From positions 7,297 through 39,296 of the forward strand of contig OMWY01000019.1 in NCBI GenBank assembly GCA_900314885.1: a DNA stretch of 32,000 nt. Reading direction: 5' to 3'. This DNA is from an uncultured Eubacteriales bacterium. GTDB taxonomy: Bacteria; Bacillota; Clostridia; Lachnospirales; Lachnospiraceae. Shown here piece by piece: positions 25,094-32,000 of this stretch; the stretch's first letter is position 1, and each line of letters begins with the position of its first letter. A program made the position numbers and the translations under genes. The notes beneath the pieces were generated by a model, which ran no database searches, was not told where the DNA came from, and saw nothing but the letters and a program-made list of their open reading frames with translations.

Positions 25094-26467
25094 ATGAAGA
25101 AAATCATTCGGAAAGTTATAGTTACCATGGTTATGGCATCTACTATGGTAACTATGCTGTGGACAAGTCCACCGGGTAGAAACGCAGAGGCTGCGAGTGA
25201 TGGATTAAGCTTTGATCAGCAGATAAAAGCCAATGATGTAACCGACGGTAGTCATATAAGCGGAATTACGACGCCGGATTTTAAAGTAGAATACAGGCTT
25301 GATCCCATACTTAACGTTAGTTCAAATGATAAGAGGTATGAAACCGACCTTGCGAATTATCCGGATGGGAGTGTTAAGGATGCTACAGGTGTAATAAATT
25401 ATACCAAGGAAATTACTTCGAAGATCACGGATGCATCAGGTATCGCAAGTGCGGAAATTTCCGCTAATGATATATTTAACGGTAAAAAATTTGCGGAAAA
25501 CAGCAAGGTTTATCGTTATAACGTGAGCATTGTTGGTCTATATGTAAAGGAGAATGATACTACCTGGAGCAGTAGTAACCTGCTTAATTCTCCTGACAGT
25601 GGAATAGTTGTTCCGCATATTACGCCGATTATGGATGTTTCGATAGACAGCGATGGTAAGATAGCTCAGATTGCTATGTGGGATTCTTCAGGAACATCTA
25701 AGACGAGTGGTTTTGTAGCAAGGAACAGTTCCGGGAACGGTAATCCTTTTATTGCTACTGTGTACGCCGATGATGGTTCCGGAGCTATAGAATACAACAC
25801 CAACGATGTAGTAATTACGTCTGATTATATCGGCGGAAATTGGGACAGTATTCATGGCGGTATATCATATTCTGTGACCTTTACCAACCTGCCTTATTAT
25901 CTTGTATCAAGCGATGCTGTATTTGAAAGTCTGATTGTTGGCACGAACGCAAGAAGCTGGAAGGCTGAGAGCGGGAATACAACAGCTAAGGCCGTGGCTC
26001 TAGGTACACTTGATCAAACTGATGAGATTACTTTTCATGGTATTCCGGCTGTCGATGGAGCGGGAAATAAGGTGACTTATTCATCAACCATTCATTTTGA
26101 AAATCTTGATAAGGATGAGTCCTTGAAGAAGCAATATGCTTCAGCCATCTTTTATGGGGCTGTCGCCGACCGTATTTCCTCTGTAAGCTCACTTGCCGAA
26201 TTCGCTTCCTCCGGACAGTCGGTTGGATATGATAATAATGCGTATAAGCAGGGAGAAGATTATCGTACCATAGGCGCTTCTGAAGTTTCTGCAACAAGCG
26301 TAAACGCAAACAGGTTCGTCATTTTTGATCCTGATCAGCTTGTAGTAGTCGGTGTAGTAAAAAATTCTGCTCCTGCCGTATTTATGATAATAGCAGGGAT
26401 ACTGATTCTCATGCTTCTCTTAATAGGAAGGAGACACGAGGATAATTACCATTTTAAAAGGAGGTAA
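25094..26467 (+). CDS. Pilin-like sortase-substrate candidate 1 (non-LPXTG C-terminal sorting signal)
   Basis: Signal peptide ending AEA|AS. C-terminus has the conserved block RFVIFDPDQLVVVGVVKNSAPAVF, then a hydrophobic helix MIIAGILILMLLLIG, then the basic tail RRHEDNYHFKRR. It is a paralogue of the next gene. Confidence 0.68.
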   Translation: MKKIIRKVIVTMVMASTMVTMLWTSPPGRNAEAASDGLSFDQQIKANDVTDGSHISGITTPDFKVEYRLDPILNVSSNDKRYETDLANYPDGSVKDATGVINYTKEITSKITDASGIASAEISANDIFNGKKFAENSKVYRYNVSIVGLYVKENDTTWSSSNLLNSPDSGIVVPHITPIMDVSIDSDGKIAQIAMWDSSGTSKTSGFVARNSSGNGNPFIATVYADDGSGAIEYNTNDVVITSDYIGGNWDSIHGGISYSVTFTNLPYYLVSSDAVFESLIVGTNARSWKAESGNTTAKAVALGTLDQTDEITFHGIPAVDGAGNKVTYSSTIHFENLDKDESLKKQYASAIFYGAVADRISSVSSLAEFASSGQSVGYDNNAYKQGEDYRTIGASEVSATSVNANRFVIFDPDQLVVVGVVKNSAPAVFMIIAGILILMLLLIGRRHEDNYHFKRR

Positions 26468-26473
26468 ATAAAA

Positions 26474-27829
26474 ATGGGAAAGAAATGGACTAAAGTAATG
26501 ATAAGCGTGGCTTCTGCCGGTATGCTTGCCATAAGTATGCTTACGGCGATGCCAGCAAGACAGGTGAAGGCGGCAAGCACAACAAGCTTTAAGCAGGAGA
26601 TTATTGTAAATGATGTAACTGATGGAAATCATACCGCTAAGGTAAAGATGCCAAAGATTACAGTTACGTACCGCCTGACACCTGTTGTAGATAGCGCAGG
26701 CCTGCCTGCTAATGACTCTCGTTACGCGGATAAATTGGATTTATTTATTAACGGCAGCGTAAAGGATTCGACCAAAGTTGTTGAAACATCTGTAGTTATT
26801 GAAGATAATGTAGCATCAGATGATGAGGGCCATTATGTAAAAGACATAACCCCTGATGATATTGGCTTAACCGGATTTGTAAATGCCAGCAGGGTATACA
26901 GATATAAGATAGAGATTTCGGGTGTTTATCGTGGTGACGATACGAAGGATGACGCACATAATCTGTTAAAATTATCTCAGGATGATTTTACTTTCCCTGA
27001 GAATCAGTTAGGAATTCTGGATGTTTCTGTGGATACAGATAAAAAGGTGGCAGCTATCGCCTTCTGGAATTCGACAGGGACCAACAAACTTGATGGATTT
27101 ACCGGTGCTGAAGGTGATGGAGCGGATGCCTTTAAATATAACGTAGCGGATCTCCAGATATCATCGGATTATATAGGTAAGAACTGGGACAGCTTACATG
27201 GCGGTTTCGTCTATACCGTTAAAATTGATAAGCTTCCGAACGATACCTTTAAGCAAGCTAAAGATGTGAAAGATTGCTTATATGATGATGGACGTAGTTG
27301 GGACGTAAGTGCCTCAAATGGCTGGACACCGGGAACGAGTACAAGTACAATAATTCTTGAAGGTACGTTGGATCAGAATTCGCAAATACTGATTGGGGGG
27401 CTTCCTAAAGGCGTTACATACTTAGGCACTATTGATTTTACTAAACTTGAAAAAGCTGTGGTAGGTAATACGACGGAAGATTTGAGAGCGAAATATGGTC
27501 CTGCCATATTCTATGGAGCGAAGGTAAAGCGAGTAGAAGGGATTAATGATATGACTTCTTTTGCCGGAAGCGAATATGCCGGAAAGTATGAGTATAAGGC
27601 CTATGAAACGGGAAAGGATACAAGAGCGCTTGATAATGCAAGCGAGGTAGTACTTGAAAATAATGGTGATTCCAATTCAAGCCGTTTTATTATCTTCGAC
27701 CCATCCGATCTCGTAGTTGTTGGTGTCGTAAGAAATACATTACCGGCTGTAGGGCTTATATGTATCGCCGGAGCTATTGCGATAGCGCTCTTCTTCACAA
27801 GAAAGAAAAAGCTGCCTGTAATTGAGTGA
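26474..27829 (+). CDS. Pilin-like sortase-substrate candidate 2 (LPAVG-type C-terminal sorting signal)
   Basis: Signal peptide ending VKA|AS. C-terminus RFIIFDPSDLVVVGVVRNTLPAVG, then LICIAGAIAIALFF, then TRKKK. It shares blocks with the upstream paralogue (NDVTDG.H, VYRY, DVS.D.D.K.A.IA.W.S.GT, SDYIG.NWDS.HGG, AIFYGA). Confidence 0.68.
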   Translation: MGKKWTKVMISVASAGMLAISMLTAMPARQVKAASTTSFKQEIIVNDVTDGNHTAKVKMPKITVTYRLTPVVDSAGLPANDSRYADKLDLFINGSVKDSTKVVETSVVIEDNVASDDEGHYVKDITPDDIGLTGFVNASRVYRYKIEISGVYRGDDTKDDAHNLLKLSQDDFTFPENQLGILDVSVDTDKKVAAIAFWNSTGTNKLDGFTGAEGDGADAFKYNVADLQISSDYIGKNWDSLHGGFVYTVKIDKLPNDTFKQAKDVKDCLYDDGRSWDVSASNGWTPGTSTSTIILEGTLDQNSQILIGGLPKGVTYLGTIDFTKLEKAVVGNTTEDLRAKYGPAIFYGAKVKRVEGINDMTSFAGSEYAGKYEYKAYETGKDTRALDNASEVVLENNGDSNSSRFIIFDPSDLVVVGVVRNTLPAVGLICIAGAIAIALFFTRKKKLPVIE

Positions 27830-27846
27830 TTATTTTAAGAACTTTT

Positions 27847-27876
27847 ACCGGGATCACGGACTGTCGCGATCCCGGT
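27847..27876 (+). promoter_or_regulatory. Stem-loop between pilin gene 2 and the sortase gene (partial terminator or mRNA-stability element candidate)
   Basis: ACCGGGATC (27847-27855) / GATCCCGGT (27868-27876) with a 12-nt loop, followed by the interrupted T-rich stretch TATGTTATTTAT. Confidence 0.4.
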
Positions 27877-27912
27877 TATGTTATTTATAAGACAGATAAG
27901 GAGATGATGACC

Positions 27913-28677
27913 ATGAGGTTTTTAGCAGGATTATCAAGGACCGGAGATAAATTTATAAGGATAATTCTTGAGATAATAATGGTCATTTTCTTCTTGCTTG
28001 GCGGATATATTTTGTGGCATACGTGGATGGTTTATCATTCAGCTTTTGACCTGTCGGGAGTGGAGCAGTATAAGCCTGAATTAGCGGAAGAGGGTATGAG
28101 CCTCGAAGAAATCAGAAAAATAAATCCAGATGTGATAGGGTGGATATCCATAGATGGCACGCATATAGATTACCCTCTGCTTCAAGGACGCGATAACCAG
28201 GAATATTTAAATAAGGATATTAATGGTGATTTTGCCCTCCATGGATCAATATATCTCGATTCATTAAATAACCGAGACTTTTCTGACAGTTATAATATTA
28301 TTTATGGTCACCATATGGATAATGGTGGCATGTTTGGTGATATTGTAAAATTTAAGGATGAAAAATATTTTGAGAGTCACGAAAGCGGAAACCTGTGGCT
28401 TAAGAATAAGACATATAAACTTGAAATATGCGCAATAATGATGGAAGATGCTTATGACAGGGAGTTTACAGGCCCAAAAGGAAAGGATTCCGATATAACG
28501 GATTTTATGAAAACAGTATATAGCAGGGCGATTTATTCGAGACCTGTCGAGGTAAGTTCAGCTGATCGCTTAGCAGGACTCCTAACCTGCGACTCAGCAT
28601 TTACAAATGGGAGAAATATCCTAGTATGTAAGCTGGTACCGGAAAAAGATGATGATACTGTGCATATATTAAAATAG
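27913..28677 (+). CDS. srtB: Class B sortase
   Basis: ATG at 27913 lies 9 nt after AAGGAG; in-frame ATGs at 27904 and 27907 are also possible, and the listed ORF starts at 27826. There is an N-terminal TM helix. Motifs: INPDVIGWISIDGTHIDYPLLQGRDNQEYLNKD, IIYGHHM (catalytic His), LLTCDS (catalytic Cys) and GRNILV (Arg). The layout closely parallels S. aureus SrtB as I recall it. Confidence 0.88.
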   Translation: MRFLAGLSRTGDKFIRIILEIIMVIFFLLGGYILWHTWMVYHSAFDLSGVEQYKPELAEEGMSLEEIRKINPDVIGWISIDGTHIDYPLLQGRDNQEYLNKDINGDFALHGSIYLDSLNNRDFSDSYNIIYGHHMDNGGMFGDIVKFKDEKYFESHESGNLWLKNKTYKLEICAIMMEDAYDREFTGPKGKDSDITDFMKTVYSRAIYSRPVEVSSADRLAGLLTCDSAFTNGRNILVCKLVPEKDDDTVHILK

Positions 28678-28728
28678 GCATCCAGCAAATAAACAGAGCT
28701 AATATTGGACTAGAGCTTATAAGGGATT

Positions 28729-28759
28729 AAAAGAGCCGTGCAATGCACGGCTCTTTTTT
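28729..28759. terminator. Bidirectional rho-independent terminator between srtB and murG (copy 2 of the duplicated palindrome)
   Basis: AAAA-GAGCCGTGCA-A-TGCACGGCTC-TTTTTT, with the stem at 28733-28742 / 28744-28753. The T-run touches the murG stop codon. Confidence 0.8.
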
Positions 28760-29822
28760 ATTTAGCTGCTTTCTCAATTAGTTCTGTAATAATCTTTATG
28801 GAGTCTGACTGACTGCTTTCTTTCATGTTCCTGATATAGGTGTCGCGGTTGAGGTAGACCTCGGCAACTGCCTTTGTGAGGGTCTCGTTCGTTACATTTT
28901 CCTCAGGAAGCATCTTCGCGAAGCCCTGCTTTTCGAAGCTCTTTGCGTTAAGTATCTGGTCGCCTCGGCTCGCGTCAGCGGCGAGAGGGATGAGAACCGA
29001 CGGAATTTTAAGGGCAGCAAACTCACAAATCGCGTTAGCCCCAGCGCGGGAAACTACGAGATCGGTTATCGCGAAAATGTCCCGCATTTCCTTATCCACG
29101 TACTCAAACTGTCTGTAGCCGATAGTGCCGTTATAGCTCTCGTCAGTTTTTCCTCGACCGCAGAGGTGGACGACGTCAAAGGTTTTAAGAAGCTCAGGAA
29201 GCGCCTTCCTCACTGCCTCATTTACCCTTACGGCGCCAAGACTTCCGCCCATAACAAGGAGTATAGGTTTATCGCCTGACATTCCGGTAAAGCTAAGTCC
29301 TTTCTCGCGACTTCCCATGAAGAGTTCACGCCTTATAGGAGTGCCGGTAAGAACTGCCTTCCCCTGCGGAAGAGAAGCTAGTGCCTCCGGGAAATTCGCG
29401 CACACGTAATCAGCCTTAGGTATGCAGAGCTTGTTCGCAAGGCCCGGCGACATATCGGATTCATGAATTATTGAAGGAATATGTAACTTGCTTGCGGCAA
29501 AAACTACAGGCACTGAGACGAAGCCGCCCTTAGAAAATACCACGTCAGGCTTGATTTTCTTAAGCGCTTCGACCGCTTCGTTGTAGCCCTTGATGACACG
29601 AAAGGGGTCTGAGAAGTTTTTCCAGGAAAAATACCTTCTTAATTTTCCTGAGGAAATGCCCGTATAGGGAATACCAAGTTCCTCTATGAGACCCTTCTCC
29701 ATGCCCTCGTATGAGCCTATATAGTAGACCTCATAGCCTGCCTTCTGAAGTTCAGGTATAAGGGCTATGTTAGGTGTAACATGGCCGGCTGTTCCACCGC
29801 CTGTGAGAACTATTTTTTTCAT
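28758..29822 (-). CDS. murG: UDP-N-acetylglucosamine--N-acetylmuramyl-(pentapeptide) pyrophosphoryl-undecaprenol N-acetylglucosamine transferase
   Basis: ATG at 29822 follows GGAGGG; the listed ORF extends 8 codons further upstream. Motifs MKKIVLTGGGTAGHVTPNIAL and VMGGSLGA are present. Confidence 0.93.
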   Translation of the reverse strand: MKKIVLTGGGTAGHVTPNIALIPELQKAGYEVYYIGSYEGMEKGLIEELGIPYTGISSGKLRRYFSWKNFSDPFRVIKGYNEAVEALKKIKPDVVFSKGGFVSVPVVFAASKLHIPSIIHESDMSPGLANKLCIPKADYVCANFPEALASLPQGKAVLTGTPIRRELFMGSREKGLSFTGMSGDKPILLVMGGSLGAVRVNEAVRKALPELLKTFDVVHLCGRGKTDESYNGTIGYRQFEYVDKEMRDIFAITDLVVSRAGANAICEFAALKIPSVLIPLAADASRGDQILNAKSFEKQGFAKMLPEENVTNETLTKAVAEVYLNRDTYIRNMKESSQSDSIKIITELIEKAAK

Positions 29823-29823
29823 T

Positions 29824-30096
29824 TCAGCCCTCCGGAAGAAGTTCACCTGATTTTATGGCTTTTAATGCGTTCGCAAGCTGGTCGGGACATGAAGTATTCT
29901 TCATGCCGCAGCGAATACCTTCAAGTCTTTCAATTACATCGTCGAGCTTCATGCCTCTTGTAAGTGCGCCAATGCCCTGGAGGTTGCCATTGCAGCCGTT
30001 TGTGTAGGTTACATCCGTAACCACATCGTCGTCAAGCTTGATATTTATAAGTGAACTGCATGTTCCGTGTGTCTTGTAGAGATAGTTCTTAGTCAT
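29824..30096 (-). CDS. TSCPD-domain small protein (TIGR03905-like, four-Cys)
   Basis: 90 aa with HGTCSS...NGCNGNLQGI...IRCG.KNTSCPDQLA. Its stop is 1 nt from the murG ATG. Confidence 0.78.
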   Translation of the reverse strand: MTKNYLYKTHGTCSSLINIKLDDDVVTDVTYTNGCNGNLQGIGALTRGMKLDDVIERLEGIRCGMKNTSCPDQLANALKAIKSGELLPEG

Positions 30097-30102
30097 CTGT
30101 GA

Positions 30103-31050
30103 TTATTCCTCTGTGTGGTCTTCTATAAATTTTTTAACGGCGCTCTCATAGAGCTCAGGATTAACATGGTAGCTCTCAGCGTGCTTTGCGCCTTCGACAA
30201 TTATGAGGGTCTTATCCTCACTGCCGCATGCGTCGTAATTTTCGTATACCATATCGGTAGGTACGAAATCATCCTTGTCGCCATGGATAAAGAGCATAGG
30301 AACGGTAGCGTTCTTAAGGGATTTAACTGAGTCGCACTGGTCAAATGAGTAGCCATCCATCTTATTGGTTACGTGGCTCACAACATTTATAACAGGCTTA
30401 CCGTCAAAGTGGAACATGTTCTTAAAGTTAAATCTAAGCTGGTCGGTGAGTCTGCTGTAACCGCAATCCTCTATGATGCCCTTAACCTGCTCAGGCAGCT
30501 CGTCTCCGGCTGTAAGCATAACCGTAGCGGCACCCATGGATACGCCGTGAAGGAAGATCCTGCAGTCATCACCGAAGCGGACGGTGAGGTATCTGATCCA
30601 GCGTTCTACGTCAAAATGGTCATGCCAGCCGTAGCCTATATAGTCGCCCTGGCTGTCTCCGTGGCCCCTGTCATCGACCATGAGGATATTTACACCGAGC
30701 TTATGGTAGAATGGGAGCATGAGACCGAAGTCCTTCATGCCGCTTGCCCTGTAGCCGTGAACGAGAATGACGGTTGTGGTTGTATAAACCTCTGCCGGGA
30801 TAAATGTGCCGTGGAGTCTGAGACCGTCAAATGAACGGATTTCTACGCTTTCGGTCTGGATATCCTTTATCCATTCCTTGATCTTCTCGTATTCAGCCTG
30901 CTTGTCGGGATCATCTGAATAAACGCCGGGTTCTGGCTTCTTGTTTACTTTGGAGTGTCTGGCTACGCTCATATCGTAGAGATAGCCGATTCCGCCCGCG
31001 GCAGCAGCCACGGTTACGCCAAGGAGTCCGATGACTAATTTTCCTTTCAT
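30103..31050 (-). CDS. Membrane-anchored alpha/beta hydrolase
   Basis: N-terminal TM helix, nucleophile elbow HGVSMGAAT (GxSxG), HGDKDDFVP and GAKHAESY. Confidence 0.8.
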   Translation of the reverse strand: MKGKLVIGLLGVTVAAAAGGIGYLYDMSVARHSKVNKKPEPGVYSDDPDKQAEYEKIKEWIKDIQTESVEIRSFDGLRLHGTFIPAEVYTTTTVILVHGYRASGMKDFGLMLPFYHKLGVNILMVDDRGHGDSQGDYIGYGWHDHFDVERWIRYLTVRFGDDCRIFLHGVSMGAATVMLTAGDELPEQVKGIIEDCGYSRLTDQLRFNFKNMFHFDGKPVINVVSHVTNKMDGYSFDQCDSVKSLKNATVPMLFIHGDKDDFVPTDMVYENYDACGSEDKTLIIVEGAKHAESYHVNPELYESAVKKFIEDHTEE

Positions 31051-31203
31051 ATAAAAACTTCCTTTCTTTGTTGAAGATTAATGTTTCTAAGCTTAGCAGT
31101 ACTTTCGCTGCTTGTACAATTATACCATCCGGAACGCCTAAAGTAAATAAATAGGTTATAAATTTAATAGAAAAACAGATGTAGAACAGTGATAATCGTA
31201 AGC

Positions 31204-31232
31204 TAGACATTTTTATGGATATGTGGTAAAAT
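31204..31232 (+). promoter_or_regulatory. Candidate sigma-70 promoter (extended -10) for def-fmt
   Basis: TAGACA (31204-31209), a 17-nt spacer ending in TGG, then TAAAAT (31227-31232). Confidence 0.5.
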
Positions 31233-31274
31233 AGATAAGATTGTTGTAAAAAAGTAGTTTCGGAGGTTTTACAA

Positions 31275-31841
31275 ATGGCACTTAGGACCGTTAGGAAGTT
31301 TGGTGACGAAATTCTCGAGAAAAAAGCGAATCCTGTGAGGGATAATTCGAAGAGAATCCAGGACCTGATAGATGACATGTTTGAAACCATGTATGACGCT
31401 GATGGTGTTGGACTCGCTGCGCCCCAGGTGGGCATTTTAAAGAGAATCGTCGTTATAGATGTTTCAGAGAAGCGTGATACGCCGCTTGTTCTTATTAACC
31501 CTGAGGTTATTTCGACCGAGGGCGAGCAGACAGGACCTGAGGGCTGCCTCTCATATCCGGGAAAGTCAGGCATAGTTAAGAGGCCGGCTAAGGTTAAGTT
31601 CACGGCCTACGACAGAGATTTTAAGAAATATGATATGGAGGCAGAGGGACTTCTTGCCCGCGCTGTCATGCACGAGACCGACCATCTTGAGGGACACGTC
31701 TACACTGAGAAGGTTATAGGCAAGGTCTATGATTCGGGAGATGAAGAGGCTGAGCATGAGGCAGAGATAGTAGCCGGCATGATTCCTCCGGATGAGGAAA
31801 ATGAAGATAGTGACGGTAAGAAGGGCAGAAAGAGAAGATGA
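31275..31841 (+). CDS. def: Peptide deformylase with an acidic/basic C-terminal tail
   Basis: [18 protein letters not shown] and HETDHLEG. Confidence 0.93.
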   Translation: MALRTVRKFGDEILEKKANPVRDNSKRIQDLIDDMFETMYDADGVGLAAPQVGILKRIVVIDVSEKRDTPLVLINPEVISTEGEQTGPEGCLSYPGKSGIVKRPAKVKFTAYDRDFKKYDMEAEGLLARAVMHETDHLEGHVYTEKVIGKVYDSGDEEAEHEAEIVAGMIPPDEENEDSDGKKGRKRR

Positions 31842-32000
31842 AAATAATTTTCATGGGAACGCCTGACTTTGCTGAGGCTCTGCTTGATACTCTTATTCAC
31901 TCGGAGCACGAGGTTGTATGCGTTGTAACGCAGCCTGACAAGCCCCGGGGACGTAAGGGGATTCTTACTTCGCCACCTGTTAAGGCCCTTGCTGAGGCAA
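31838..32000 (+). CDS. fmt: Methionyl-tRNA formyltransferase (3' end lies outside the window)
   Basis: ATGA start/stop overlap with def. N-terminus [19 protein letters not shown]...[13 protein letters not shown]. Confidence 0.9.
   Translation, partial: MKIIFMGTPDFAEALLDTLIHSEHEVVCVVTQPDKPRGRKGILTSPPVKALAEA

Noticed and set aside
1-32000. I looked for rRNA/tRNA genes, CRISPR repeat-spacer arrays, transposase/integrase/recombinase genes, toxin-antitoxin pairs and canonical LPXTG substrates.
   Set aside because: None was found by reading the ORF translations and intergenic regions. The accessory blocks have no mobility genes, and no protein in the window contains LPXTG followed by a TM helix and basic tail.

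Overview
This window looks like a chromosomal segment from a motile, low-to-moderate-GC Gram-positive anaerobe. Gene content and flagellin type suggest Clostridia, possibly Lachnospiraceae, but that is inference only. All product calls come from motifs I recognise in the supplied translations; I could not run any database search.

The backbone is ordinary housekeeping. On the + strand: a GntR/FCD regulator tail, DUF1934, tcdA, a VanY-type carboxypeptidase, plsC, an M20 peptidase, greA, a serine hydrolase, an Rrf2 regulator, pgi, metG, mtnN and def-fmt. On the - strand: an SDR oxidoreductase and an alpha/beta-hydrolase - TSCPD - murG block.

Two accessory blocks interrupt this backbone.

1. At 13.2-19.3 kb there is an orphan flagellar module. 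It holds a 985-aa acidic protein with a FliK-like C-terminus, a 475-aa flagellin, a FliS-like chaperone and an Ig-like membrane protein.

2. At 22.1-28.8 kb there is a tightly packed six-gene operon, bracketed by two near-identical palindromic terminators. It encodes:
- a 688-aa flagellin paralogue;
- a 72-aa DivIVA-domain protein;
- a signal-peptidase-I homologue in which both catalytic-dyad positions appear substituted (SipA/LepA-like);
- two tandem paralogous pilin-like surface proteins with non-LPXTG sorting signals;
- a class B sortase.

A flagellin transcriptionally fused to a streptococcal-FCT-style pilus assembly module is the most unusual thing here and my main candidate for an undescribed system. 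Its candidate sigma-28 promoter carries a T7G7 homopolymer in the spacer.

I saw no rRNA, tRNA, CRISPR array, transposase or integrase.
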